DNA of 64,000 nt from Pseudomonadota bacterium (GTDB lineage Bacteria; Pseudomonadota; Alphaproteobacteria; Rhodobacterales; Rhodobacteraceae), in the NCBI GenBank assembly GCA_039822045.1, contig JBCBMY010000021.1, positions 35,298 through 99,297 on the forward strand, in the 5' to 3' direction. The translations under genes were made by a program, and so were the position numbers. How positions within the stretch are numbered: the stretch's first letter is position 1; every line of letters starts with the position of its first letter. This document shows, piece after piece, positions 30,201 to 39,673 of this stretch. The notes below the pieces were generated by a model. That model saw nothing but the letters and a program-made list of their open reading frames with translations. It was not told the DNA's origin and did not search any database.

Positions 30201-31495
30201 CCGTGGGCGCGGGCGACGCAGGTCGGAAACGGGCGGCGGGCCCGGCCGCTCCTGGCGTGCGTCGCCCGCGCCAGCCCCTCCGAGTGCTCGGCACATCGGT
30301 CACGCAGACGCCTGCAATGAAGCGGGCTGCCGAGGAAGACCTTGGCATGGCGCTTGACTTCATCACGCTCGATGGGACCGAGGCGCAACGCCAGGGCGCC
30401 CTGCAACCCGCGAGCTTTGACGTCTATGACCAGTGGTTTCACGATATCGACCTGATCTGGCCGACGGGCTCGATCCGCCCCATCGATGTCTGCCGGATTG
30501 CCCGCTGGGACGAGATCAACGACCTGCCCAAAACCGGCCGGCTGCGCCCTGACCTGCCCAAGGCGCAGGGCGGCGATCCGTCAAAGCGCCTCTTCGTGCA
30601 GCTTGACGGGACGCTGGGCGACACCCCGTCGGCCCGGGTCAGCATGGTGCCGACGGTACATAATGCCGACAGTTTCGTGGTGACGGGCGAGGAACCGGAG
30701 AGCATTGCCAGCTGGGCGGCGCTCCTCGAGCCGAAACGTGCCGGGCAGGTTGTGCTTCAAGCCGACGCCGCGATCGGCGCGCTTGACATGCTGCTGGCGC
30801 TGCAGGCGCGGGGCGAGATGCAGGCGCTCGACATCGGGGACCTGACGCTAGAGCAGATCGATGCGCTGACCGAGCGGCTCGCCGACTATGTCCGCACGGG
30901 CCACTTTTGCGCCGTGTGGTCCGACGAGGCCGAGGCCGTTGCCGCCATGCTTGGGGGACACCCCCGGATTGGCTCGATGTGGTGGTCGGGCGTCACCAAG
31001 CTGCGCGCGGCTGGGATCAAGGCCAATATGGTGACGCCGCGCGAGGGCTATCGTGGATGGTTCGGGGGGCTGGCCCTGTCGGCCGCCCTGCAGGATTGGG
31101 CCCGTGACGCGGCCTACGACTATATCAACTGGTGGCTCGACGGCCGCCCCGGCGCGATGATGGCGCGTTCCGGAGCATACATGGCCAACTCCGGCACGGT
31201 TCGCGCCTCGTTGCCGGAGGCGGAGTGGGACTTCTGGTACGGTGGACAGCCGGCCCGGGTGCCGATCCGCGACTGCGATGGCGTTACCTTGTTCGACGTT
31301 GGCGAGCGACGAGAGGGCGGGGAGTATCATCGCCGCATGTCCCGCGTGCGCGTCTGGGATACGGTGATGAACGAACATAACTATCTTGTCCGACGCTGGC
31401 AGGGCGCCTTGGCGGGCACGCTCGCACGGCTTGGCGTCATTGCTTCTGAAGATAGCCGGGCAGGTCTGGTTCCGGAAAGACCGAGAGCGCTATGA
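30197..31495 (+). CDS. PotD/PotF-like solute-binding-fold protein lacking a signal peptide (probably cytoplasmic)
   Basis: It shares blocks with the bona fide SBP at 37137 (FDVYDQW vs YDVWE, REGYRGW vs KEGYRAW, DYINWWLDG vs DYWLSG). The first 40 residues are Arg/Ala/Pro-rich with no hydrophobic h-region, and an alternative ATG at 30317 also lacks a signal peptide. It is translationally coupled to pxpC. The 3' end overlaps the convergent GntR gene by 59 nt. Confidence 0.6.
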   Translation: MTVGAGDAGRKRAAGPAAPGVRRPRQPLRVLGTSVTQTPAMKRAAEEDLGMALDFITLDGTEAQRQGALQPASFDVYDQWFHDIDLIWPTGSIRPIDVCRIARWDEINDLPKTGRLRPDLPKAQGGDPSKRLFVQLDGTLGDTPSARVSMVPTVHNADSFVVTGEEPESIASWAALLEPKRAGQVVLQADAAIGALDMLLALQARGEMQALDIGDLTLEQIDALTERLADYVRTGHFCAVWSDEAEAVAAMLGGHPRIGSMWWSGVTKLRAAGIKANMVTPREGYRGWFGGLALSAALQDWARDAAYDYINWWLDGRPGAMMARSGAYMANSGTVRASLPEAEWDFWYGGQPARVPIRDCDGVTLFDVGERREGGEYHRRMSRVRVWDTVMNEHNYLVRRWQGALAGTLARLGVIASEDSRAGLVPERPRAL

Positions 31496-32447
31496 GCCGT
31501 TGCCGCGTTCGTTCAGCTGAGAGGCGGATATGTTCCTCAAGGCACTGAGCCGCGGCCTCGACCGACCCGCGCATCACGAAATCGAGAACAATCGCGTGTT
31601 CACGCAGGGCAATCTCGAACGGATGGGTCCCGACCTGGCGGGCGAAGGCGTCGTTGACCACGAAGGCCAGCTGCGTCTGCCGCACCATGCGCAGCAAGTG
31701 CGGGTTCGTCGACCGCGACAGCAGGCGCACATGGATGTCGATCTCGAGCTCGTCGAACCCTGCGGCATCGAGGGGTTTGTCGCCGGTCATTGCGGCATCG
31801 AGCTCTTGCCGCATGCGCATGATCTCATCGAGCGGCACATGGGGAACACTGTCGAGCAGGGCCAGCGGCTCGAGCTTGCTGCGCACGACGAAGAAGTGCG
31901 CCACATCGCGCGCCGTCAGTGGGCCCACCACCCAGTGCGATCGGCGATCCTTACGTACGACGCCGCGATCCTGAAACCGCGCGAGCAGGTCGCGGACAAT
32001 GTTGCGGCTGACGCCGAAATGGTCGGCCGCGAGCTGTTCGTTGATCCGGAACAGCCCAAAAGGCAATGCGTCGGTGAGGCTCTGCTCGAAGGCCCGCTCG
32101 ATCAGCTCCGCCGATCCGGGCCGGGGCTCGGCGGCCTGGGCGGGGTCGAGACCCAGCATGGCGCGCGTGAGCCTCACCCGCGTTGGCTCCACGCCGGTTG
32201 GACCGCTGACGACAAAGCCGCGCCCGTCGAACCGCGCAACAAGACCGCCTTGAAGGAGTTGTGCAAACGCGGTGCGGACCGGGGTGCGGCTTGTCCCAAA
32301 GAGGGCCGCGACCTTGCCTTCGGTCAGGACCGTTCCCTCGCCCAACGCCCCCCCCTCGATCGCAGCCGCAAGGATGCGCTCGATTTCCACGTAGTGGGGT
32401 GCTGGCCGCAGGCGCGGATCCTCAAATTGGGACAGCTTGTCGTGCAT
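31437..32447 (-). CDS. GntR-family regulator with two tandem N-terminal winged-helix domains plus an FCD-like C-terminal domain (336 aa)
   Basis: The first HTH is LTEGKVAALFGTSRTPVRTAFAQLLQGGLV. The second is INEQLAADHFGVSRNIVRDLLARFQDRGVV. It is divergent from the ABC operon starting at 32687. Confidence 0.8.
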   Translation of the reverse strand: MHDKLSQFEDPRLRPAPHYVEIERILAAAIEGGALGEGTVLTEGKVAALFGTSRTPVRTAFAQLLQGGLVARFDGRGFVVSGPTGVEPTRVRLTRAMLGLDPAQAAEPRPGSAELIERAFEQSLTDALPFGLFRINEQLAADHFGVSRNIVRDLLARFQDRGVVRKDRRSHWVVGPLTARDVAHFFVVRSKLEPLALLDSVPHVPLDEIMRMRQELDAAMTGDKPLDAAGFDELEIDIHVRLLSRSTNPHLLRMVRQTQLAFVVNDAFARQVGTHPFEIALREHAIVLDFVMRGSVEAAAQCLEEHIRLSAERTRQRLIALSVFPEPDLPGYLQKQ

Positions 32448-32686
32448 AGGATGGTCCTGCCTGTGGCGCCTTTCTTCCGAGCCCTGAACTCGATTATACG
32501 GCACTTCGTCGACGAAAGACATTTTTTTGGCGATGACTTCCCGGGCAGAGCCCTAGTTTACGGCGCCGACTTCCGCAGCAATCCGTGCTTCTCGGAGAAA
32601 ATTTTTGACTTTTGTATGCGGTGCGCACACCCTTGGGCCCATACCGGGGGTCTGCGAAGATACAGCAGCGGGGGTGGCGCCGCGTC

Positions 32687-33790
32687 ATGATGGAGTTGGT
32701 CGGTCTCTCGAAGGCCTTCGAGGGCAAACCCGCGGTCGTGGGGCTGTCGCTCAGGGTGGAGGATGACGAGTACCTCACACTGCTCGGACCATCAGGATCG
32801 GGAAAGACGACACTTCTGCGCCTCGTGGCTGGTCTGGACCGCCCGGATTCGGGGCGGATCGTTCTGAATGGCGAGGACATCACTGCGCGCCCGACCCACT
32901 TGCGCGGCCTTGGGTTCGTTCAGCAGAACTACGCGCTCTTTCCGCACTTTTCCGTCGAAGAGAACATAGCCTTCGGGCTACAGAACCGGGTTGTCGACCG
33001 CATCGAGGATGGCGCAGAGCTTCGCCGGCGGGTCGGAGACATGCTTGAGCTGGTGGGACTGGAGGGCCTTGGCGGCCGTACGGTTGGCCAGATCTCGGGC
33101 GGACAGAAGCAGCGCGTCTCGCTGGCGCGGACGCTTATCACTGAGCCCAAAGTCTGCCTGCTGGACGAACCGCTGGGCGCGCTCGACGCCAATCTGCGAG
33201 AGCGGATGACGGTGGAGTTGCGCACGATCCGGCGCCAGCTGGGGGTGACCTTTTTCCACGTGACGGGAAACGAGCACGAGGCGATCGCGATGGGCGACCG
33301 GATGATCGTGCTCGATGCAGGCCGCGCGATCCAGGTCGACGCACCCGACACGGTGTTTGACCGGCCCCGCACGGTGCGTGTGGCGAAGTTCGTCAACAGC
33401 TACAACGTGCTGGAAGGCGGCGTGACCGACGGGCTGTTCCGGCATGGCGATGTGCGGGTACCCGTTCCACCCGGTGCCTTGTCAGCCCGCTACATCGCCG
33501 TGCGCTACGACCTGCCGAGGATCGAGGCCGAAGATGCCACGGTGGGAGAAGGACGCGTGGGCACGCGCGCGACCTTCATGACAAGCGAGTTCATGGGCAG
33601 CAAGGTGGTGTACTTCTTCCGGGCCCCGGACGGCGCCATGCTCGAGGTCGAGCGCCATCTGAGCCAGTCCGATCCCGAGACGATCCCCGAGGGTGAGACT
33701 CGCTTCCTGAGCTGGCGGGTGCCTGAGACGCTGTTCTTCGACGATGCCGGCGACCGTCTCGAGCCGACCGGCCTGCAAGGTGCGGCCTGA
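32687..33790 (+). CDS. ABC transporter ATP-binding protein (PotA-like), copy 1
   Basis: Walker A GPSGSGKTT, signature ISGGQKQRVSLAR and Walker B LLDEP are present. A C-terminal TOBE-like domain is present. The start is MMELVGLS at 32687. Confidence 0.85.
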   Translation: MMELVGLSKAFEGKPAVVGLSLRVEDDEYLTLLGPSGSGKTTLLRLVAGLDRPDSGRIVLNGEDITARPTHLRGLGFVQQNYALFPHFSVEENIAFGLQNRVVDRIEDGAELRRRVGDMLELVGLEGLGGRTVGQISGGQKQRVSLARTLITEPKVCLLDEPLGALDANLRERMTVELRTIRRQLGVTFFHVTGNEHEAIAMGDRMIVLDAGRAIQVDAPDTVFDRPRTVRVAKFVNSYNVLEGGVTDGLFRHGDVRVPVPPGALSARYIAVRYDLPRIEAEDATVGEGRVGTRATFMTSEFMGSKVVYFFRAPDGAMLEVERHLSQSDPETIPEGETRFLSWRVPETLFFDDAGDRLEPTGLQGAA

Positions 33791-34701
33791 TGGTTGCGGC
33801 AAGCCCGGATCACACGGTGGCCACGACGTCGCTCGAGACACCCCGCGAGTCTTTCTGGGCACGCAACCGCCATCTGCTGCTCCTTGCGCCGGGTGTGCTT
33901 TGGATGCTGCTGTTCCTTGTCGTGCCGCTGCTGATGATGGTCTATGTCAGCTTTTGGACGCAGACGACATTTGCCATCAGCCCCGACCTGACGACGCAGA
34001 GCTGGCAAAACTTCTTCGCGTCGGAGACCTATTTCGGCGCGCTTCTGCGAACGTTGCGCATCTGGCTCATCGTTCTGGCGCTGACCTTCATCGTCGGCTA
34101 TCCGACCGCACTCTTCATCGGGCAGTTCGTGCGCAACAAGACGTTGCAGACGGTTCTGCTGGTGGCTTGCGTCATCCCGTTCTGGACGTCGTTTCTGATC
34201 CGCGTGCTCGCTTGGCGCCCGATGCTCGGGAGGGAGGGCGCGATCAACATCGTTCTGCAGCAGTTTGGGTTGATCTCGGAGCCGATCGAAGTCCTGCTTT
34301 TCACCGAGCTCTCGGTGATCATTGGCATGGTCCAGATCTACGTGGTGTTCATGGTGGGCCCGATCGCCTTCATGCTCGCCCGGATCGATGAGAGCCTGAT
34401 CGAGGCGGGTCGGGACCTTGGCGCCTCCGCCTGGACGATCTTCCGCAAGATCATCTTTCCGCTCAGCCTGCCCGGCGTCGTCGTCGGCGCGATTTTCGTC
34501 TCGGTTATGGTGTTGGGCGAGTTTGCAACCGCCTCGGCCCTGTCGGGGCGCAAGGTCAACCTATTGGGGAACATCATCGTCACGCAGGTTGGCTCGCTCA
34601 AATGGGCGTTTGCGGCCGTCGTGGGTGTGATCCTGACAATCGTGATGGGCATCGTGATCACTGGGCTTCTGCGGGTCGTGAACCTGCGGCGCGAGTTGTA
34701 G
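33790..34701 (+). CDS. ABC transporter permease (PotB-like)
   Basis: Six TM helices and the EAA-like loop IEAGRDLGASAWTIFRKIIFPL. The start overlaps the stop of the upstream gene. Confidence 0.85.
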   Translation: MVAASPDHTVATTSLETPRESFWARNRHLLLLAPGVLWMLLFLVVPLLMMVYVSFWTQTTFAISPDLTTQSWQNFFASETYFGALLRTLRIWLIVLALTFIVGYPTALFIGQFVRNKTLQTVLLVACVIPFWTSFLIRVLAWRPMLGREGAINIVLQQFGLISEPIEVLLFTELSVIIGMVQIYVVFMVGPIAFMLARIDESLIEAGRDLGASAWTIFRKIIFPLSLPGVVVGAIFVSVMVLGEFATASALSGRKVNLLGNIIVTQVGSLKWAFAAVVGVILTIVMGIVITGLLRVVNLRREL

Positions 34702-34714
34702 GAGGGCGCGGGCG

Positions 34715-35572
34715 ATGCATCGGCTTTTCGGGCTTCGTGTCGGGCTGGCAATCTACACCGCACTCTTCATAACGTTTCTTTATGGGCCTTTCGTGGTCAT
34801 GGCGATCCTGAGCTTCCAGAAGGGGCCCGATGGCGGACCGCAGTTTCCGATCATCGAATGGTCGACGTTCTGGTACCAGCATGTTCTGGGTTTCGCCCCA
34901 CCCTCCCGCGTGGCACCGCTGCCATTCGGGGAGGCGTTGACACGGTCGCTGACGCTGGCCTTCGCCACGATGGTGGTCTCGACAGTGCTTGGCACACTCA
35001 CCGCGCAAGCTTTCCGCACGCGGTTCCGCGGCTCGGGTTTCGTGTTCTACCTCGTCGTCCTGGGTATGATGGTGCCGGGCGTCCTTCTGGGCCTCGGCAT
35101 GGCGCTGGTTGCCGACCAGATGGGCATTCAACGGTCGTGGTGGGGCACGGCGTTTGTCCTACACGTGGTCTACACCTATCCGTTCGCCTTCCTTGTGATG
35201 CTGGCGATCTTCAACCGGTTCGACAAATCGGTGGAGGAGGCCGCGTGGGCGCTTGGGGTTCCCCCGTCCCGCACCTTCCGCAAGATTACCTTTCCGATGA
35301 TTTTCCCGGGCGTTTTGTCGGCCATGCTTTTCGCGCTGACGCTGAGCTATGACGAGTTCCCGCGCACACTCTTCACCGCGGGATCTGACGTCACAATGCC
35401 AATCGCGATCTACGGCACGTTCGCGGTGGAGATTCATCCCAACCTCTTTGCCTTTGGTGTGTTGACGACGCTGTTCTCATTCTCGCTGCTCGCGATCTAC
35501 GGGATCCTCATGAACCTGTCGGTGCGGCGCGCGCGGGCGCGGACCTCGGGCATCCAGGAGGAGATCGGATGA
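34715..35572 (+). CDS. ABC transporter permease (PotC-like)
   Basis: The EAA loop is EEAAWALGVPPSRTFRKITFPM. The RBS is GGAGGG. Confidence 0.85.
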   Translation: MHRLFGLRVGLAIYTALFITFLYGPFVVMAILSFQKGPDGGPQFPIIEWSTFWYQHVLGFAPPSRVAPLPFGEALTRSLTLAFATMVVSTVLGTLTAQAFRTRFRGSGFVFYLVVLGMMVPGVLLGLGMALVADQMGIQRSWWGTAFVLHVVYTYPFAFLVMLAIFNRFDKSVEEAAWALGVPPSRTFRKITFPMIFPGVLSAMLFALTLSYDEFPRTLFTAGSDVTMPIAIYGTFAVEIHPNLFAFGVLTTLFSFSLLAIYGILMNLSVRRARARTSGIQEEIG

Positions 35573-36318
35573 CACTCCGTCTGGCGCACCATGCCGCGAT
35601 CGTTACCGGGGCCGGGTCGGGCATCGGCAAGGCGATTGCCGTGAGGCTGGCGTCGGAGGGCGCACGCGTCACGGTCAACGATCTCGACGGCGAAAAGGCC
35701 GAGGCCACCGTGACGGAAATCACGGATGCGGGTGGCACGGCAACGGTTGCTCCGGGGGACGTGAGTAGTGAGGCCGATGTCGAGAGCTTCTTTGACGTCT
35801 GCGAGACGAAGTGGGGCCGCTGCACCCTGGCGGTGAACAATGCCGGGATCGTTCAGCAGGTTCGTCTGGCAGACATGTCGCCCGACGACTGGGACAGAAT
35901 GGTGTCCATTCACCTTCGGGGCACGTTTTTGGTGTGCCGTCGCGCGATCAACCCGATGCTCGCGATCGGCGAGGGCGTGATCGTCAACATCGCCTCGCAG
36001 CTTGGCCAGATCGGCGGGATCGAGTTGACCCACTACAGCGCAGCCAAAGCAGGGATCATCGGGCTGACCAAGGCGCTGGCGCGAGAGGTCAGTGCGGCAG
36101 GCGTGCGGGTCAACGCCGTGGCGCCGGGGCCGATCAACACCGAACTGGTCATGGCGCTGTCGGATGAATGGCGCGCGGCCAAAGCAGCGGAACTGCCACT
36201 GGGGCGCTTCGGGGAGCCTGTCGATGTGGCCGCCACGGTGGCGTTTCTCGCGTCGGAGGAGGCGCGAAACTACGTCGGCCAGACGCTGGGCCCGAACTCT
36301 GGCGACGTGATGCTCTGA
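35569..36318 (+). CDS. SDR-family oxidoreductase (FabG-like), copy 1
   Basis: TGAGSGIGKA is a Rossmann motif and NNAG and Y..AK are the catalytic motifs. The start overlaps the permease stop. Confidence 0.85.
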   Translation: MTLRLAHHAAIVTGAGSGIGKAIAVRLASEGARVTVNDLDGEKAEATVTEITDAGGTATVAPGDVSSEADVESFFDVCETKWGRCTLAVNNAGIVQQVRLADMSPDDWDRMVSIHLRGTFLVCRRAINPMLAIGEGVIVNIASQLGQIGGIELTHYSAAKAGIIGLTKALAREVSAAGVRVNAVAPGPINTELVMALSDEWRAAKAAELPLGRFGEPVDVAATVAFLASEEARNYVGQTLGPNSGDVML

Positions 36319-36341
36319 GCGCGATTGAGGGGGATGATCGC

Positions 36342-37094
36342 ATGAAGACGGTTTTGATAACGGGCGCCGGGATCGGCATTGGCCGCTCTACGGCGCATGC
36401 CTTTGCCTCGGCCGGGCACCATGTGATCGTCACCGACATCCTTGAATCCGAGGGCGCTGAGGTGGCCGATGCCATCGCCTCTGCCGGCGGCTCGGCGGAG
36501 TTCCACGCCCTGGACGTGACTTCCACCGGTCGCGCCAACGACGTGGTCGCGCTGGTCGAGGACACGCATGGAGCCCTCGATACGATCGTCTGCAACGCCG
36601 GGATCGCGCACAAGGTTCCGCTCGATCAACTGACCGACGAGAAGTGGGATTTCACCTTCGATGTCGACCTGAAGGGCATGCTCCGAGTGGTGCGCGCGGC
36701 TGCTCCGAAAATGCGCGAGGCCAAAGCTGGGTCGATCGTCTGCCTGAGCTCGATCATGGGCATCGCCTATGGCTGGGACGAGCACGCGCACTATTCGGCG
36801 GCCAAGTCGGGGGTGATTGGCCTTGTCCGTGGGCTGGCCGTCGAGCTCGCGGCCTCGGGCATTCGGGTGAATGGCGTTGCGCCGGGATACATCCGCACCG
36901 CCCAAGCGCTGTCGGAGGAGCACTCGCTTGGCCCGGCGGGTCTTGAGAAGGCAGCCGACTTTATTCCCATGGGGCGGGTCGGCGAACCCGAAGACATCGC
37001 CGACGTCATCGTTTTCCTCGCATCCAACGCGGCCCGGTATCTGACCGGCCAGGTCGTCACCGTGGATGGAGGGTTGCTTGTCGGCCGCTATTAG
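36342..37094 (+). CDS. SDR-family oxidoreductase, copy 2
   Basis: TGAGIGIGRS, NAG and YSAAK are present. The RBS is GAGGGGGATG. The track ORF was trimmed from 36168. Confidence 0.85.
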   Translation: MKTVLITGAGIGIGRSTAHAFASAGHHVIVTDILESEGAEVADAIASAGGSAEFHALDVTSTGRANDVVALVEDTHGALDTIVCNAGIAHKVPLDQLTDEKWDFTFDVDLKGMLRVVRAAAPKMREAKAGSIVCLSSIMGIAYGWDEHAHYSAAKSGVIGLVRGLAVELAASGIRVNGVAPGYIRTAQALSEEHSLGPAGLEKAADFIPMGRVGEPEDIADVIVFLASNAARYLTGQVVTVDGGLLVGRY

Positions 37095-37136
37095 GCCGGC
37101 AGATCTGCGGTCCAACTTCTTACAGGGAGTAGAAAG

Positions 37137-38348
37137 ATGAGGAACTATCATCCGACGCGCAGAGGCGTCATGGCAGGGGCCGGCGCCCTTGCGGCGTCTA
37201 CTGCGCTGATCCGCCCCGATATGCTCTGGGCACAGAGCCTTGGCGACCAAGAGCTTCGCACGGTGGGTTTGTCGGTCACCGTGCAGGAGCGCATCCTGAA
37301 CGACTTCAAGGAGCAGTCGGGCGTGGGCTCGGTGTCAGGCAAAGCCGACATCTTCCCCAACACCCAGACCGAGCTTCTGTCGGGCTCGACCGCCTACGAC
37401 GTGTGGGAGACGATTGGCGAGCGCCTGCCGGCCATGACGATCACCAACACGATCCAGCCGATCCCAACGAGCGCGCTGTCGAACTGGGCCAATATTCGCC
37501 CGACCTTCACCGACACCGACGCACGGATGGAGGCCCGCGCACAGATATCCGGCCAGATCTGGGCAGATGACGGCAAGACCGAGCTTTGGATGGTGCCGAC
37601 CGTCTATAACTTCGACTCTATCGGCTATCGCCCCGACCTTGTGTCGGCCGAGGAGGCCAATACCTGGACGGCGATCTTCGACGAGAAGTTTAAGGGCAAG
37701 ACCGGTCTCAATGTCGACCCGCTGATCGCCTTCGGGCAGGCCGTGCTCGCGATGACGTCGCTCGGTATGCTGGAGAACGAAAACCCCGGCAACCCGACCG
37801 TCGAAGAAATCGACGAAGCCGCAAAGTTCCTCGTCGCCAAGAAGAAAGACGGCCAGTTCCGGGCGCTGTGGGGCGATTTCGGCGAACTCGTCAACCTGCT
37901 CGCCTCTGGCGAAATGATCCTCGCCGACGCGTGGCAGCCGGCTGTGATGGCGGTGAAGGCCCAGGGCATCCAGTGCTCATATGCCATTCCTAAAGAAGGC
38001 TATCGGGCCTGGTCGATCGGCAACTCGCTGATCGCCAACTCGCCCAACCCTGAAGCTGTGATCGCATACTGCGATTACTGGCTGTCCGGCCCACCTGCGA
38101 TCACCGTGTCGGAACAGGGTTATTATTCGCCCACGACCAACATCAAAGACGTGATGGACGCCGACAAGTACGGCTTCTGGTACGAGGGCAAGCCCTGGGT
38201 CGGCGCGCCCGACCGCGGCATCGTCGAGGGCGACCTGCGCGACGGTGGATCGCTCGAGACCCGGGCGGCGGCCATCAAATACTGGCACCAGTGGCCCGAC
38301 GAGTACGACCACCTCATCATGAAATGGGATGAGTTCCTGAGCGCCTAA
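37137..38348 (+). CDS. ABC transporter periplasmic substrate-binding protein (PotD/PotF family) with Tat-type signal
   Basis: MRNYHPTRRGVMAGAGALAASTAL is a twin-arginine signal. A family-1 SBP fold follows. Confidence 0.85.
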   Translation: MRNYHPTRRGVMAGAGALAASTALIRPDMLWAQSLGDQELRTVGLSVTVQERILNDFKEQSGVGSVSGKADIFPNTQTELLSGSTAYDVWETIGERLPAMTITNTIQPIPTSALSNWANIRPTFTDTDARMEARAQISGQIWADDGKTELWMVPTVYNFDSIGYRPDLVSAEEANTWTAIFDEKFKGKTGLNVDPLIAFGQAVLAMTSLGMLENENPGNPTVEEIDEAAKFLVAKKKDGQFRALWGDFGELVNLLASGEMILADAWQPAVMAVKAQGIQCSYAIPKEGYRAWSIGNSLIANSPNPEAVIAYCDYWLSGPPAITVSEQGYYSPTTNIKDVMDADKYGFWYEGKPWVGAPDRGIVEGDLRDGGSLETRAAAIKYWHQWPDEYDHLIMKWDEFLSA

Positions 38349-38433
38349 CGGCCCTTGTTCAGGCCGGAGGGGGCCCCGCGCGGGCCCTTTCCGCGGCTGC
38401 GGCCCTGCCCTTCACCCCTGAGGTACCAAAGGA

Positions 38434-39546
38434 ATGGCGGACTACGACCTCGAACTCGTTTCGCTTCGCAAGGTCTATCCCGGCGGCACGGTCGCTGTGG
38501 AGGACTTCGATCTTCAGGTATCGAAGGGCGAGTTCATCTCGTTCGTCGGCCCCTCCGGATGCGGGAAAACGACGACGCTTCGGATGATCGCGGGGCTTGA
38601 GTCGATCACGGGCGGGCAGCTTTTGATCCGTGGCACGGACTATACGATGACGCCCGCCGAGCAGCGGCCGACAGCGACAATCTTTCAGAACTACGCGATC
38701 TTTCCGCATATGACGGTGCGCCAGAACATCGAGTTCGGGCTGCAGGTTCGCAATCTTGGCGCCAGCGAGATCGCACGACGGGTCGACGCGATCCTCGACA
38801 AGCTTGAGCTGAGCGATGTGGCGGGCGAGAAAGAAGGCGCCCTGTCTGGCGGACAAAAGCAGCGCTTGGCCTTGGGGCGCGGACTGGTGACCGAGCCGGA
38901 CATCCTGCTTCTCGACGAGCCACTGGGCGCCCTTGATGCGAACCTGCGCAAGTCGATCCAGGAGGAGTTGAAGATCCTCCAGCGCGATCTGGGTATCACG
39001 TTTGTCTTTGTCACCCATGCACAGTCAGAAGCGCTCAGCATGGGCGACCGGGTTGTGGTGATGAATGCCGGCCGGGTCGAGCAGATCTCGAACCCGTTCG
39101 AGCTTTACACGCGGCCCCAATCGCCCTTCGTGGCGCGCTTCATCGGGCGCAACAAGATCATTCCCGGCACGCTTGCGCCTGGGCAAGAAAGCGGCCTTAA
39201 CGCGGTGGAGACCCGGTTCGGCACGCTCCGCGGCATTCCGAGCTTTGAGGCAAACCAAGCCGCCACGGGCGCACATGCGATGGCCGTGGTCCCATCAGAA
39301 TATGTCGACATCTCGCCGGTTGGCGACGGTGCGGCCGATGCTGCGCGCGACACGGTGCGCGGCCGGGTCACATCGCTCGATATCGTCGGCCGGGTCGTCT
39401 ATGTCGCCGTGCGCCTTGACGCCGAGATGGAAGTCCGGCTGGAGGCCTATCGCGACAAGATTACCGCCCGCGGCCTGTCCACTGGGGACGACGTCGAACT
39501 GTCGTGGCGGCCGGATCGGACGACCATCGTGCTCGACGCGGCATGA
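38434..39546 (+). CDS. ABC transporter ATP-binding protein (PotA-like), copy 2
   Basis: Walker A GPSGCGKTT, signature LSGGQKQRLALGR, Walker B LLLDEP and a C-terminal TOBE-like domain are present. Confidence 0.85.
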   Translation: MADYDLELVSLRKVYPGGTVAVEDFDLQVSKGEFISFVGPSGCGKTTTLRMIAGLESITGGQLLIRGTDYTMTPAEQRPTATIFQNYAIFPHMTVRQNIEFGLQVRNLGASEIARRVDAILDKLELSDVAGEKEGALSGGQKQRLALGRGLVTEPDILLLDEPLGALDANLRKSIQEELKILQRDLGITFVFVTHAQSEALSMGDRVVVMNAGRVEQISNPFELYTRPQSPFVARFIGRNKIIPGTLAPGQESGLNAVETRFGTLRGIPSFEANQAATGAHAMAVVPSEYVDISPVGDGAADAARDTVRGRVTSLDIVGRVVYVAVRLDAEMEVRLEAYRDKITARGLSTGDDVELSWRPDRTTIVLDAA

Positions 39547-39673
39547 GGATGAACGCGCGGTCTGCATATCCGCCGCTGCGATCTGGCGTCGGTAGAGATG
39601 GTACCGGACACGTTGGTGCGCCCAGTTACACGTGCGGCGTTGGGGCCAACTCTTGACCTGCGGCTCGCGGCAC

